From positions 7,199 to 71,198 of the forward strand of contig CALKGG010000028.1 of NCBI GenBank assembly GCA_938084885.1: a stretch of DNA of 64,000 nt, read 5' to 3'. The stretch's first letter is position 1; each line of letters starts with the position of its first letter. Positions 46,593 to 55,450 of this stretch are shown one piece after another. Made by a program: the position numbers and the translations under genes. The notes under the pieces are model-generated. The model saw only the letters and a list, made by a program, of their open reading frames with translations, did no database searches and was not told the DNA's origin. The stretch is from an uncultured Acidimicrobiales bacterium. GTDB taxonomy: Bacteria; Actinomycetota; Acidimicrobiia; Acidimicrobiales; SHLQ01.

Positions 46593-47309
46593 TTAGCTGT
46601 TGCGGGTAATCGTGACGGTGACGATCGACGAGTTGTTGTCCCAGTCGCGTGCGTCGGGGATGGTGCCGATGCCTTGGAGCGTTGGGTGCACGCGGATCAC
46701 ACCGTTTTCTGCGAGCGATGGGTTGGACTCGCCGGTTCCTTCGCCGGTTCCGCCGCAGAATGGTGCGGGGACGATGTCGGCGAGGTTCTCGGTGTTGATC
46801 TCGGTTCCTGCGTCATACCCACGAAGGTCATAGGTGAAGGTTTGACCAACGTCATGTGGTAGACGCTTGGAGTCGGCGCCGGTGAAGCCGTCGTTGGTGC
46901 AGATGATCATCGACACGAGGCTGAACTTGCGTTCGTCGCTGGTGACGTCGAAGCTGACGGTTGCGCCTGGGGCGATTGGTGCGTCTGCGCCAACTCCCGA
47001 GACGCCGAGGCCGGCGTCGTCGACTGCGCCAGCGAGTTCTGCGGCGAGTACTGGTACGGCACCGTTTTCAGCAACTGCCTGAACGCCTGGGCTTGCAGGC
47101 TCCTTGATGTCGAAGACATCGACGGCGTTGCTATGGACCGCGAAGTTCGGTGGCGTGAAGTACTGGCCACTCGTGTTGTTCGTAAACGTCACTCGGTAGG
47201 TCGGTACCTCCGATGCGCCGGCGATTGTTTGTGTTGCCACTGTTGGCAAGAGCACGGCGACTAGGCCGAGCAGGGCGACGAAGGCCCCTCGAAAAATGCC
47301 TCTCCTCAT
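46593..47309 (-). CDS. Secreted spondin_N-domain protein
   Basis: Signal peptide; YRVTFTN, QYFTP, ASPGVQAVAENG, SMIICTNDGF and YDAGTEIN motifs; GGGAG SD. Confidence 0.82.
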   Translation of the reverse strand: MRRGIFRGAFVALLGLVAVLLPTVATQTIAGASEVPTYRVTFTNNTSGQYFTPPNFAVHSNAVDVFDIKEPASPGVQAVAENGAVPVLAAELAGAVDDAGLGVSGVGADAPIAPGATVSFDVTSDERKFSLVSMIICTNDGFTGADSKRLPHDVGQTFTYDLRGYDAGTEINTENLADIVPAPFCGGTGEGTGESNPSLAENGVIRVHPTLQGIGTIPDARDWDNNSSIVTVTITRNS

Positions 47310-47469
47310 GAATGTTCTCCCAAGTTCCGCCCACCACCGAGCGTGGTGGAACAAGCCCAGGAATACGCCACGGAGTGGGTGAACTCAAGATGAGTGTCCC
47401 ACGTTTTGTTCGATTTAAGATTGGTGAACTGGACGGTGGTAGGGGCGGTGGAGTGCCGACGGGGCGTGA

Positions 47470-48354
47470 TTATGCGGCAAGTGACTGGTTGCGGCCCCGC
47501 TTCTTTGCAAGGTACAGGTTTGTGTCGGCTCGCGAAATTGCCTTGTTCAAGTCGGCCGTATCCGGTGACACACAGTGCGAGATTCCCACCGAGATGGTGG
47601 CGACGAGGGGGCCGGTCGGGGTAGCGATTGGTGTGGTACCCACGGCAAGGCGCAAGCGCTCTGCGGCGGCAAATGCACGCTCGGTCGTACAGTCTGGGAT
47701 GACCGCGACGAATTCCTCGCCGCCGTAGCGGGCGAGCAGGCTGTTGTTGGGAAGTGCGGTTCGTGTGCGCTCGGCCAATGTGGTGAGCACGTGGTCGCCG
47801 GTCTCGTGGCCGTACGTGTCGTTCACGGCTTTGAACTTGTCGACGTCGATCATCAACACGGCCGCGCCCGTCTCGGGCACGATTTGTTGCTGCCATTGTT
47901 CAAGGAGTGCTCGCCTCGTCAAGCAACCGGTGAGCGAATCGGTATTGGCCAACAGCTCAAGCGCAGCGGACTTTTCGTGCAGGAGTTCGTTCACCCGAGT
48001 GATCTCGGTAATGTCGTGCATGATGCCGACCAGGTAGATCGATCCATCCGCTTCCAGACGGCGTTTTCGGGTCAGTGTCTCTCGCTGCTCACCCGACGAA
48101 TTCACCACTGTTTCGGTCGCCTCGTCGATCTCTCCCGATGCCAAGACTCGGAGGTCGCCGCCATTGCATTGCGCGGCCTGGCGATGGGTAAATACGTCTT
48201 TGTCGGTCCTTCCGACAAGCGAGTTCGTGTCGACATTGAACAGTTCTTCGAAGGCGTGGTTGACCCAGACGTACCGAAGGTCTTTGTCCTTGACCAAGAC
48301 CGGGTTCGGTAGCGTGCCCAAGATCGCGAGGGGCAATTCAGAGCGGTTGTCCAT
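47470..48354 (-). CDS. PAS-GGDEF diguanylate cyclase
   Basis: PAS domain (PNPVLVKD..RYVWVN); DSLTG, DVDKFKAVNDTYGH, ARYGGEEF and AD..LY.AK..GRN motifs. Confidence 0.93.
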   Translation of the reverse strand: MDNRSELPLAILGTLPNPVLVKDKDLRYVWVNHAFEELFNVDTNSLVGRTDKDVFTHRQAAQCNGGDLRVLASGEIDEATETVVNSSGEQRETLTRKRRLEADGSIYLVGIMHDITEITRVNELLHEKSAALELLANTDSLTGCLTRRALLEQWQQQIVPETGAAVLMIDVDKFKAVNDTYGHETGDHVLTTLAERTRTALPNNSLLARYGGEEFVAVIPDCTTERAFAAAERLRLAVGTTPIATPTGPLVATISVGISHCVSPDTADLNKAISRADTNLYLAKKRGRNQSLAA

Positions 48355-48458
48355 GGGTCTCCATTCGAGAGAAGGGCTTTCGAAATACGTATCGGCGATT
48401 AGTCAAAAATTCTTGAACGCGCCTCGCTCAACCCAACGAAATTTGGTGGCGGTACCAC

Positions 48459-49751
48459 TTATTCGACCCAGGTAGCGGCGGCGCTGCGGAGGGGTTGGGG
48501 CGGCCTGCTGGGGGTTCCGCCAGTCGGTTTCGCGAATTGGACGGTGCCAAACGCCGACTCCATAGACACGAGGTGTTGCGGATCGGGCTCGACGGTAGCT
48601 GGAACGAACTCGCGCGGTCCACCGAGTGAGGTCAACCAGTTGCGAGTGCGCAACAGCGAGACTCGAACACGCCACGTGCCGCCCTCTCGGCGTTGGCGCT
48701 GCCGGGCCTTCTCGGCAGCGCCAGCAGCGAGTAAGCCAGTCATGTAGTCCAATGCCTGGACTGGGAGTGGGGTAGGGGCTGACGCGTTCGCTGCGCGAGT
48801 ACCTGCGTCGACGATTCCGGTCGTGGACTGCACGATCGAATCGAAGCCACGACGGCCCGCCCATGGCCCCTCCCAGTCAAAGGCACTGAGCTGCACCATG
48901 ACGCATCCTTCGGGGATCGAATCGGCATCGAAACCGTGGCCTCCGAGCGCACCCGGGCGGTAGGCGTCGATCCACACGTCGGCCGAGGAAAGCAGTCGGC
49001 GCATCTGTTCGGCATCGGCTGGCGAACGTAGATCGAGTGACGCATTCCGTTTGCCTGAACCGGTGGTAATCACACAAATTGGCACGCTGGGAAGGTGCGG
49101 CGCATCGATGCGAAGTACATCGGCGCCGAATGCAGCAAAGAGTTGGCCGGCGACGGGCCCGGCGAGGACCCGGCTGCAGTCGAGGACTCGGGTTTGGGCT
49201 TCGCCAATCCGTGGATCGCCATCGCCAATGCGCTCGATAGATACAAGCGGGAGGTGGGTGGTTGCCACCGCATGGGGATGCGTTTGCCACTCCGCAAGGG
49301 TTCGCACGTGCGCCGCGATCATGCCCGCGTCGATGAGCGCAGTCTCCAACTCGATCGGGTCGTGGTCGAGTATCGCTTCTTGTACTGCTTGGCGAGAATC
49401 CTCACAGCCGAGGTATTGGACAACGCCTTCGTGGTGGTGAGGAAAGTTGCAGTGCAATTGGAGGTGTCGGCCGTTTGCCGTGTTGTAGTAACCCGACAGT
49501 GTCGACCATTTCGGCAGTGATTCGCCATTCACCTCGACGGGCGTTGCAAAGTAGGTGGAGAGCGCAGAGCCGCTCACCTCGGTCGCGCCAAACACGACGT
49601 TCGCATACCCAGCAGCGGCCAGAGCAGCCGTGTCGAGGTCGAACGCCGACGCAAAGTTCGGCGAGCCCAGAACCGTCAAATCCGAGGTTTCAACCGCTCT
49701 GCCGCCGACAAGAGCATCGATCTCGGCGATCTTCGCGAGTACGGCGTCCAC
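48459..49751 (-). CDS. CoA-transferase family III (CaiB/BaiF)
   Basis: VLDCSRVLAGP, GADVLRID, GKRNASLDL, YRPG and RRGFDSIVQ motifs; TACGAT + 7 nt before GTG. Confidence 0.88.
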   Translation of the reverse strand: MDAVLAKIAEIDALVGGRAVETSDLTVLGSPNFASAFDLDTAALAAAGYANVVFGATEVSGSALSTYFATPVEVNGESLPKWSTLSGYYNTANGRHLQLHCNFPHHHEGVVQYLGCEDSRQAVQEAILDHDPIELETALIDAGMIAAHVRTLAEWQTHPHAVATTHLPLVSIERIGDGDPRIGEAQTRVLDCSRVLAGPVAGQLFAAFGADVLRIDAPHLPSVPICVITTGSGKRNASLDLRSPADAEQMRRLLSSADVWIDAYRPGALGGHGFDADSIPEGCVMVQLSAFDWEGPWAGRRGFDSIVQSTTGIVDAGTRAANASAPTPLPVQALDYMTGLLAAGAAEKARQRQRREGGTWRVRVSLLRTRNWLTSLGGPREFVPATVEPDPQHLVSMESAFGTVQFAKPTGGTPSRPPQPLRSAAATWVE

Positions 49752-49816
49752 CTCCTTGATCGTATTGGGCCGAATCGCTTAGGGGCTTCCCCGCATCGAG
49801 ATTTCGGCGCGCTTGG

Positions 49817-50806
49817 TTATGTCGCAATGATTCCGTCGATGTCCCACAGGTCGGTCCATGACTGGCCGTCCTTCCAAAGGAATACCTGCCCCTTGATCAT
49901 TCGGCAGTCTCGATCGGCGGCAACGAGCATCGCTTGCTCGTCGGCGGTGAGTGGGTCCGCGGTCGCAGCGGCTAGGTTCGCTGCCAGGTTGTGTTCCGTC
50001 GTAGAGAACGGAATCGGCGTGTGCCCCTGATCGATCGCCCACATCAGACACACCGCAGCTGGATGGACGCCACGAGCCTCGGCAAGGGCACGGATCCCAC
50101 GATCGTCAATGGGGGAGGTGTCGTTAGGTGTGCGATCGCGTTCGGGTCGGTTTGGTGAGCCCAGCGGACAGAAACCAATGGGTTGGATCGACCGCTCGCG
50201 CAAGTACGACCGAAAGGCGCTCTGTTGGAAGTGGGGATGGAGTTCCATCTGGTTCACCGAGGGCGTGATTGTCATGTCTGCGAACACCGCGTCGAACTTT
50301 GCCGGAGTCATATTTGAGGTTCCGATGTGTCGCACGAGGCCCCGCTCGACCAGCGACTCCATCTGCGCCCACGCCTCCAGATACGCATCCGGATTGAACG
50401 CGACAGCTCTCGGGTTTCGCTCATCGACATTCGCGTGTGCGGCGTGCGAATTGGGAAACGGCCAGTGGACAAGGAAGTTGTCGAGATAGTCGATCCCGAG
50501 ATCGCGTAACGTCTGCTCGCACGACTCGCCAACCGCGTGGTGTGAATCGTTCCAGACCTTTGAGCTGATCCACAGTTCGTCACGCGGTATCGCGGTAGAA
50601 CCGAGTACCGCTCCAATCTCGGCTTCATTGCCATACACCGACGCACAGTCGATGTGTCGATACCCGAGCGCCAGGCCAAGCCGCACAGTGTTTGCCACCG
50701 TTGCGGCGTCGACGTGGTCAGAACCAAACGTACCAAGCCCAATGCCAGGCATTTTCGCACCTGAATACAACGTTCGCATTGGAATGTTTGCCGTGGGTTC
50801 TGTCAT
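49817..50806 (-). CDS. Aldo/keto reductase
   Basis: GLGTFG, GYRHIDCASVYGNE, SKVWN, LVHWP, IGTSN and NQMELHP motifs. Confidence 0.92.
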   Translation of the reverse strand: MTEPTANIPMRTLYSGAKMPGIGLGTFGSDHVDAATVANTVRLGLALGYRHIDCASVYGNEAEIGAVLGSTAIPRDELWISSKVWNDSHHAVGESCEQTLRDLGIDYLDNFLVHWPFPNSHAAHANVDERNPRAVAFNPDAYLEAWAQMESLVERGLVRHIGTSNMTPAKFDAVFADMTITPSVNQMELHPHFQQSAFRSYLRERSIQPIGFCPLGSPNRPERDRTPNDTSPIDDRGIRALAEARGVHPAAVCLMWAIDQGHTPIPFSTTEHNLAANLAAATADPLTADEQAMLVAADRDCRMIKGQVFLWKDGQSWTDLWDIDGIIAT

Positions 50807-50832
50807 GGCTGCGAAGCCTAGCGGCCTTCAAA

Positions 50833-50872
50833 TATGCATGAATATGCATTATTGTGAATAACCCGCTAAGGT
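50833..50872 (+). promoter_or_regulatory. ARG box(es) overlapping the arg operon promoter; -10 TAAGGT
   Basis: TGCATGAATATGCA at 50835-48 and a second half-site TGAATA 20 nt later; AT-rich patch; TAAGGT 50867-72 lies 7 nt before ATG 50880; argR is in the operon. Confidence 0.85.
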
Positions 50873-50879
50873 GCTGCGA

Positions 50880-51947
50880 ATGTCTTCTCAAACGAACGGC
50901 ACCGCTGCGCCCAAACGTGTGGGCGTGGTTGGAGCGTCAGGTTACACCGGCACAGAACTGCTCCGGTTAATCCACGGCCACCCGAGCCTAGAACTCGCAG
51001 TGGCCACTGGCGACTCCAAAGCTGGAACAAGAATCGCCGACCTCTACCCAAGCTTGGCCGCTGCGTATGGAGACCGAAAGTACGAGCCATTTTCTCCAGA
51101 GTTGGTCGATGGACTCGATCTTGTCTTTATCGGCCTCCCACACGGCATCTCAATGTCGGTCGTGCCCCAAATACGGGGCAAGGTGGGCCACATTGTCGAC
51201 CTCGGCTCAGATTTCCGCTTGCACGACAAAGCCCTCTACCCCGAGTGGTACAACGCCGAACACACCGCCCCCGACCTGCTCGACGAATTCGTGTACGGCC
51301 TGCCAGAGCTGTTTCGGGAGAAGATTTCGGGCGCAGAACTCATTGCGGCCACCGGATGCAATGCTGGAGCGTCGATCTTTGCGCTTGCGCCGCTGCTTAC
51401 GGCAGGCGCCATCGAGGGTGATGGCATAATCATCGATCTGATCACCGGGGTCAGCGGCGCTGGTCGCCCACCGAAGGAGAACACGACGTTCTGCACGGTC
51501 GACGAGAACGTCACTGCATATGCACTGTTGTCGCACCGGCACACCCCCGAGATCGAACAGGCGCTTCACGAGCGGACCGGAGTCGACACCACCGTGTTGT
51601 TCACGCCGCACCTTGCACCAATGAACCGAGGAATTATCTCGACGTGTTATGGCCGCCCGGCAAAGGATGGGTTGACGAGTGACGATGCGCTCCAGATTCT
51701 CGCCGACTTCTACGAGAACGAACCGTTCATGGTCGTCGACGAACGCAGTCCGTCAACAAAGGCAGTCACCGGATCCAACAGCGTGCACCTCACAGCACGC
51801 GTCGACCCACGAACAGGCCATGTCATGGTGATCTCGGTGCTCGACAACCTCATGAAGGGCGCCTCGGGCATGGCCGTACAGAACGCCAACCTCGCGCTTG
51901 GCCTCGACGAAACGCTTGGGCTGTCCTCGATTGGGGTCTACCCATGA
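50880..51947 (+). CDS. argC: N-acetyl-gamma-glutamyl-phosphate reductase
   Basis: GASGYTG, LPHG, DLGSDFR, GVSGAGR, HRHTPEI and DNLMKGASG motifs. Confidence 0.96.
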   Translation: MSSQTNGTAAPKRVGVVGASGYTGTELLRLIHGHPSLELAVATGDSKAGTRIADLYPSLAAAYGDRKYEPFSPELVDGLDLVFIGLPHGISMSVVPQIRGKVGHIVDLGSDFRLHDKALYPEWYNAEHTAPDLLDEFVYGLPELFREKISGAELIAATGCNAGASIFALAPLLTAGAIEGDGIIIDLITGVSGAGRPPKENTTFCTVDENVTAYALLSHRHTPEIEQALHERTGVDTTVLFTPHLAPMNRGIISTCYGRPAKDGLTSDDALQILADFYENEPFMVVDERSPSTKAVTGSNSVHLTARVDPRTGHVMVISVLDNLMKGASGMAVQNANLALGLDETLGLSSIGVYP

Positions 51948-53182
51948 GCGCTGTGTCCCCGCTCGCCCCAGCGAGCTTTCCCGAGCTTCCCCCGGTCGCT
52001 GGAGTGCAGCTGGCCACCTTCGAGGCTGGCCTTCGTTACCAGAATCGGGCCGATCTGATGCTCGCTCTGGTCGATGACGCCACCACTGTGGCTGGCGTGT
52101 TCACCACGTCGCTCTGTCCATCGGCACCGGTCGACTGGAGCCGGTCGATCCTCCAACGCGGCACTGCCCGGGCAATCGTCTGTAACAGCGGGAACGCAAA
52201 CGCGTTTACCGGCAAAGCAGGCGCAACATCGGCCGAGCTCACCGCCAAAACAATCGCCGCAGCCTTCGACATCGAACCCACGTCGGTGCACCTCGCATCG
52301 ACTGGCGTCATTGGTGAAACCCTGCCCGACGATCGCCTTGTTGGCGGCCTCGAGAACCTCGCCAACCAACTCGCTCCAGCAACAGCAGCGGGCTGGGAAG
52401 CCGCAGCCAACGCCATCCGAACAACCGATACCTTCGCGAAAGGAGCGTCGGCGACCGTCGACCTCGATGGCACGGCAATCACCGTAGTCGGCATTGCGAA
52501 GGGGAGCGGCATGATTGCTCCAGACATGGCGACCATGCTCGGCTTTGTCTTTACCGATGCCGCCGTTGCCCCCAACGTGCTGCAAACAATGCTGAGTGGA
52601 GCCGCAACCGCGTCGTACAACCGGATCACGGTCGATTCTGACACGTCGACGAGCGACTCGGTGTGGCTATTCGCCACCGGTGCGAGTGGCGCAGCGCCCA
52701 TTACGTCGGTCGATGACCAGCGCTACGGTCCACTCGCCGAAGCGGTCAGCGCAGTGAACCTCGACCTTGCCCATCAGATTGTTCGCGACGGTGAAGGCGC
52801 AACCAAGTTCGTCGAGATCACCGTGTCGGGAGCCGAGCACGATGAGGCTGCGTCGGCGATAGCCCTGTCCATTGCAAACTCGCCCCTCGTCAAGACCGCA
52901 CTCGCTGCCGAAGACGCCAACTGGGGTCGCATTGTCATGGCTGTTGGAAAGGCTGGACAACGAGCGAATCGTGATGCCCTCAAGATTTGGATCGGCGACG
53001 AGCTTGTTGCCGACCAAGGCGTACAGGTGCGTGGCTACTCGGAGGACCGAGCGACCGAGCACTTGAAGAACGATGAGGTCAAGATCAGCGTCGACGTCGG
53101 CATCGCAGATGGCACCGCAACCGTATGGACCTGCGACCTCACCCACGGATACATCGAAATCAACGCTGGATACCGATCATGA
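51944..53182 (+). CDS. argJ: Ornithine acetyltransferase / N-acetylglutamate synthase
   Basis: NSGNANAFTG, TTDT, KGSGMIAPDMATML autocleavage site, RDGEGATK and DANWGR motifs. Confidence 0.96.
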   Translation: MSAVSPLAPASFPELPPVAGVQLATFEAGLRYQNRADLMLALVDDATTVAGVFTTSLCPSAPVDWSRSILQRGTARAIVCNSGNANAFTGKAGATSAELTAKTIAAAFDIEPTSVHLASTGVIGETLPDDRLVGGLENLANQLAPATAAGWEAAANAIRTTDTFAKGASATVDLDGTAITVVGIAKGSGMIAPDMATMLGFVFTDAAVAPNVLQTMLSGAATASYNRITVDSDTSTSDSVWLFATGASGAAPITSVDDQRYGPLAEAVSAVNLDLAHQIVRDGEGATKFVEITVSGAEHDEAASAIALSIANSPLVKTALAAEDANWGRIVMAVGKAGQRANRDALKIWIGDELVADQGVQVRGYSEDRATEHLKNDEVKISVDVGIADGTATVWTCDLTHGYIEINAGYRS

Positions 53183-53280
53183 TAACTCTCAGAGCACTGC
53201 ACGTTTGGCGGAGCCAAAGGTGGTTAGTGAGCGAAGCGAACGGCGGATACATCGAAATCAACGGCGGGTACCGATCATGA
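53146..53280 (+). repeat. 37-bp direct repeat of the argJ 3' end (34/37 identical) flanking a 61-bp insert
   Basis: CGGATACATCGAAATCAACG-NN-GG-N-TACCGATCATGA at 53146-82 and 53244-80. Confidence 0.92.
53179..53280 (+). CDS. 33-aa mini-ORF coupling argJ to argB (MIRU-like element)
   Basis: MITLRALHVWRSQRWLVSEANGGYIEINGGYRS*; ATGA overlap at both ends. Confidence 0.6.
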   Translation: MITLRALHVWRSQRWLVSEANGGYIEINGGYRS

Positions 53281-54173
53281 ATGAACCGACCGCTCTAGAT
53301 GTTGCCGACCGCGGATTTGAACCGTCCCGTCGCGCCCAGTCGCTGATCGAAGCGCTGCCGTATATCGAGCGCTTTCGGGGTGCGATCGTCGTCGTGAAAT
53401 TCGGGGGCAACGCCATGGTCGACCCCGACCTCAGCCGCACGTTTGCTGAAGACATTGTCCTCTTACGCTCGGTTGGCTTGAAGCCCGTTGTCGTCCACGG
53501 TGGCGGCCCGCAGATCGGTGAGATGCTCGACAAGCTCGGCAAAGAAACCGAGTTTCGAGAAGGTCTGCGAGTGACCGACGCCGAAACCCTCGACGTTGCC
53601 CGCATGGTGCTCGTTGGCAAGGTCGGCCGTGACATCGTCGGCGCAATCAATGTGCACGGCGCCTACGCCGTTGGCTTGTCGGGCGAAGACGGCGGCCTTA
53701 TCCGAGCATCGGCGCGCGATCCCGAGCTTGGTTTTGTCGGCAACATCGAGTCGGTCAACCCGAACATTGTCGAACGCCTCCTCGCCGAAGAGCTGATCCC
53801 GGTCATCTCGACGATTGGGTCCGACGCATTTGGGCAGGCCTACAACATCAACGCCGACACTGTCGCCGGTGCGCTCGCCGGTGCGCTGCGTGCCGAAAAG
53901 GCCGTCTATCTCACCGATGTTCCGGGTCTGCTCGCCGACGTTGATGATCCAGCAAGCCTCATTGCGCAGTCGACAGTGCCCGAACTCAACGCACTCATCG
54001 ACGACGGAACGATCGCCGGGGGGATGATCCCGAAGGTCGGCGCGTGCATCCACGCCGTCGAATCGGGCGCGACCGCCGCACATATGCTCGACGGGCGAGT
54101 ACCGCACGTCCTGCTGCTTGAACTCTTCACCGATGCGGGCATCGGAACAAAGATCACCCTTGGAGTCACATGA
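53277..54173 (+). CDS. argB: Acetylglutamate kinase
   Basis: VVKFGGNAM, VHGGGPQI, GLRVTD, NINAD and GGMIPK motifs. Confidence 0.96.
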   Translation: MNEPTALDVADRGFEPSRRAQSLIEALPYIERFRGAIVVVKFGGNAMVDPDLSRTFAEDIVLLRSVGLKPVVVHGGGPQIGEMLDKLGKETEFREGLRVTDAETLDVARMVLVGKVGRDIVGAINVHGAYAVGLSGEDGGLIRASARDPELGFVGNIESVNPNIVERLLAEELIPVISTIGSDAFGQAYNINADTVAGALAGALRAEKAVYLTDVPGLLADVDDPASLIAQSTVPELNALIDDGTIAGGMIPKVGACIHAVESGATAAHMLDGRVPHVLLLELFTDAGIGTKITLGVT

Positions 54174-55450
54174 GTACCACCGTCCACACCGAAGCAGTGA
54201 ATGCCGGACCGGCACTCAGTTTCTGTCCAATGATGTCGAACTACGGCGCGCCATCACTCACTCTTGTCAAAGGCGAAGGTACCGAGGTCTGGGATGACCA
54301 AGGCCGTCGATACCTCGATTTCTTGTGCGGGCTTGCGGTCACAAGCCTGGGGCACAGCCACCCGGTAGTCACCGAAGCAATTCGTAACCAAGCAGGCACG
54401 CTCATGCACGTGAGCAACCTGTACAACACGCTTCCGGGGCCAGAAGTGGCGATCACACTCGATCGGCTGTTGCAAACCTTCAGCAGCGCTGCTGTTACAC
54501 GGGCCGCCGACCCGACCGTGGTGACCGAGTCGCCGCGCAGCCAACGCGGCCAGGTCTTGTTCCAGAACTCGGGCGCCGAAGCCAACGAAGCAGCCATCAA
54601 GATTGCTCGCAAATACAACGGTCGAGGTCGCCACGTGGTGCTGTCGGCGTTGCGCAGTTTCCACGGTCGGACGCTTGCCACGCTGCACGCCACCGGCCAA
54701 CCCGAAAAGCACGAGGCGTTCGCTCCGCTTCCAGAGGGATTTCGCCACGCGGCCTACAACGATGTCGAGGCGATGGAAGCAGCGCTCGATCCGAGCGTCG
54801 GCGCAATCATCGTGGAGGCCATCCAAGGCGAAGGCGGCGTAAACACTCCCGATGCTGGCTATCTCAACGACCTGCGGGCGCTCTGCGACGACCGGCAGCT
54901 GCTCTTGATCCTCGACGAGATCCAGACCGGCGTTGCTCGGACCGGCGAGTGGTTCGCGTTTCAACACGACGCGGTCATGCCCGACATTGTCACCATGGCC
55001 AAGGGCCTCGGAAACGGCATGCCGATTGGTGCAGTGTGGGCCAAACGAGAGGTTGCTGAAGCCCTCAAGCCCGGCGACCACGGCTCGACGTTCGCGGGAG
55101 GCCCGCTTGCAGCGGCTGCAGCACGAGCAACACTTTCGGTGATGGAGCAGATGGATGCGCCTGCGGTTGCGACCCAAAAGGGAGCCGAGCTCACCAGTGC
55201 GCTTCTGGCCCTCGACGGCGTTGCGACAGTCCGGGGTAAGGGGATGCTGCTCGCGGCAGAACTGACTACCGATGGCCTTCGTGGTCGTACCGGCGGTGAA
55301 GTGTCGGCGGCGATCGCCGCGAACGGCGTTCTCACCAACGGCGTGACGGCGACATCGATCCGGTTCGCCCCACCGCTCACCGTGTCGTCGGGCGAGATCG
55401 AAGAAGCGATCCACAAGATCGACGCCGCCTTGAAGGGAGCGCAACTATGA
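54170..55450 (+). CDS. argD: Acetylornithine aminotransferase
   Basis: NSGAEANE, FHGRT, DEIQTG, AKGLGNG and HGSTFAG motifs. Confidence 0.94.
   Translation: MSTTVHTEAVNAGPALSFCPMMSNYGAPSLTLVKGEGTEVWDDQGRRYLDFLCGLAVTSLGHSHPVVTEAIRNQAGTLMHVSNLYNTLPGPEVAITLDRLLQTFSSAAVTRAADPTVVTESPRSQRGQVLFQNSGAEANEAAIKIARKYNGRGRHVVLSALRSFHGRTLATLHATGQPEKHEAFAPLPEGFRHAAYNDVEAMEAALDPSVGAIIVEAIQGEGGVNTPDAGYLNDLRALCDDRQLLLILDEIQTGVARTGEWFAFQHDAVMPDIVTMAKGLGNGMPIGAVWAKREVAEALKPGDHGSTFAGGPLAAAAARATLSVMEQMDAPAVATQKGAELTSALLALDGVATVRGKGMLLAAELTTDGLRGRTGGEVSAAIAANGVLTNGVTATSIRFAPPLTVSSGEIEEAIHKIDAALKGAQL

Noticed and set aside
47310-47469. c-di-GMP or c-di-AMP riboswitch between the GGDEF and spondin genes
   Set aside because: Hairpins are present but the conserved GGCAAA/GCAAAG or GCUGAAUC/GGGGA cores are not.
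53146-53280. attL/attR of an integrated prophage or ICE, or a simple assembly artefact
   Set aside because: Only 61 bp lie between the repeats and there is no integrase. Three mismatches and a unique insert argue against an artefactual duplication, though reads should confirm.
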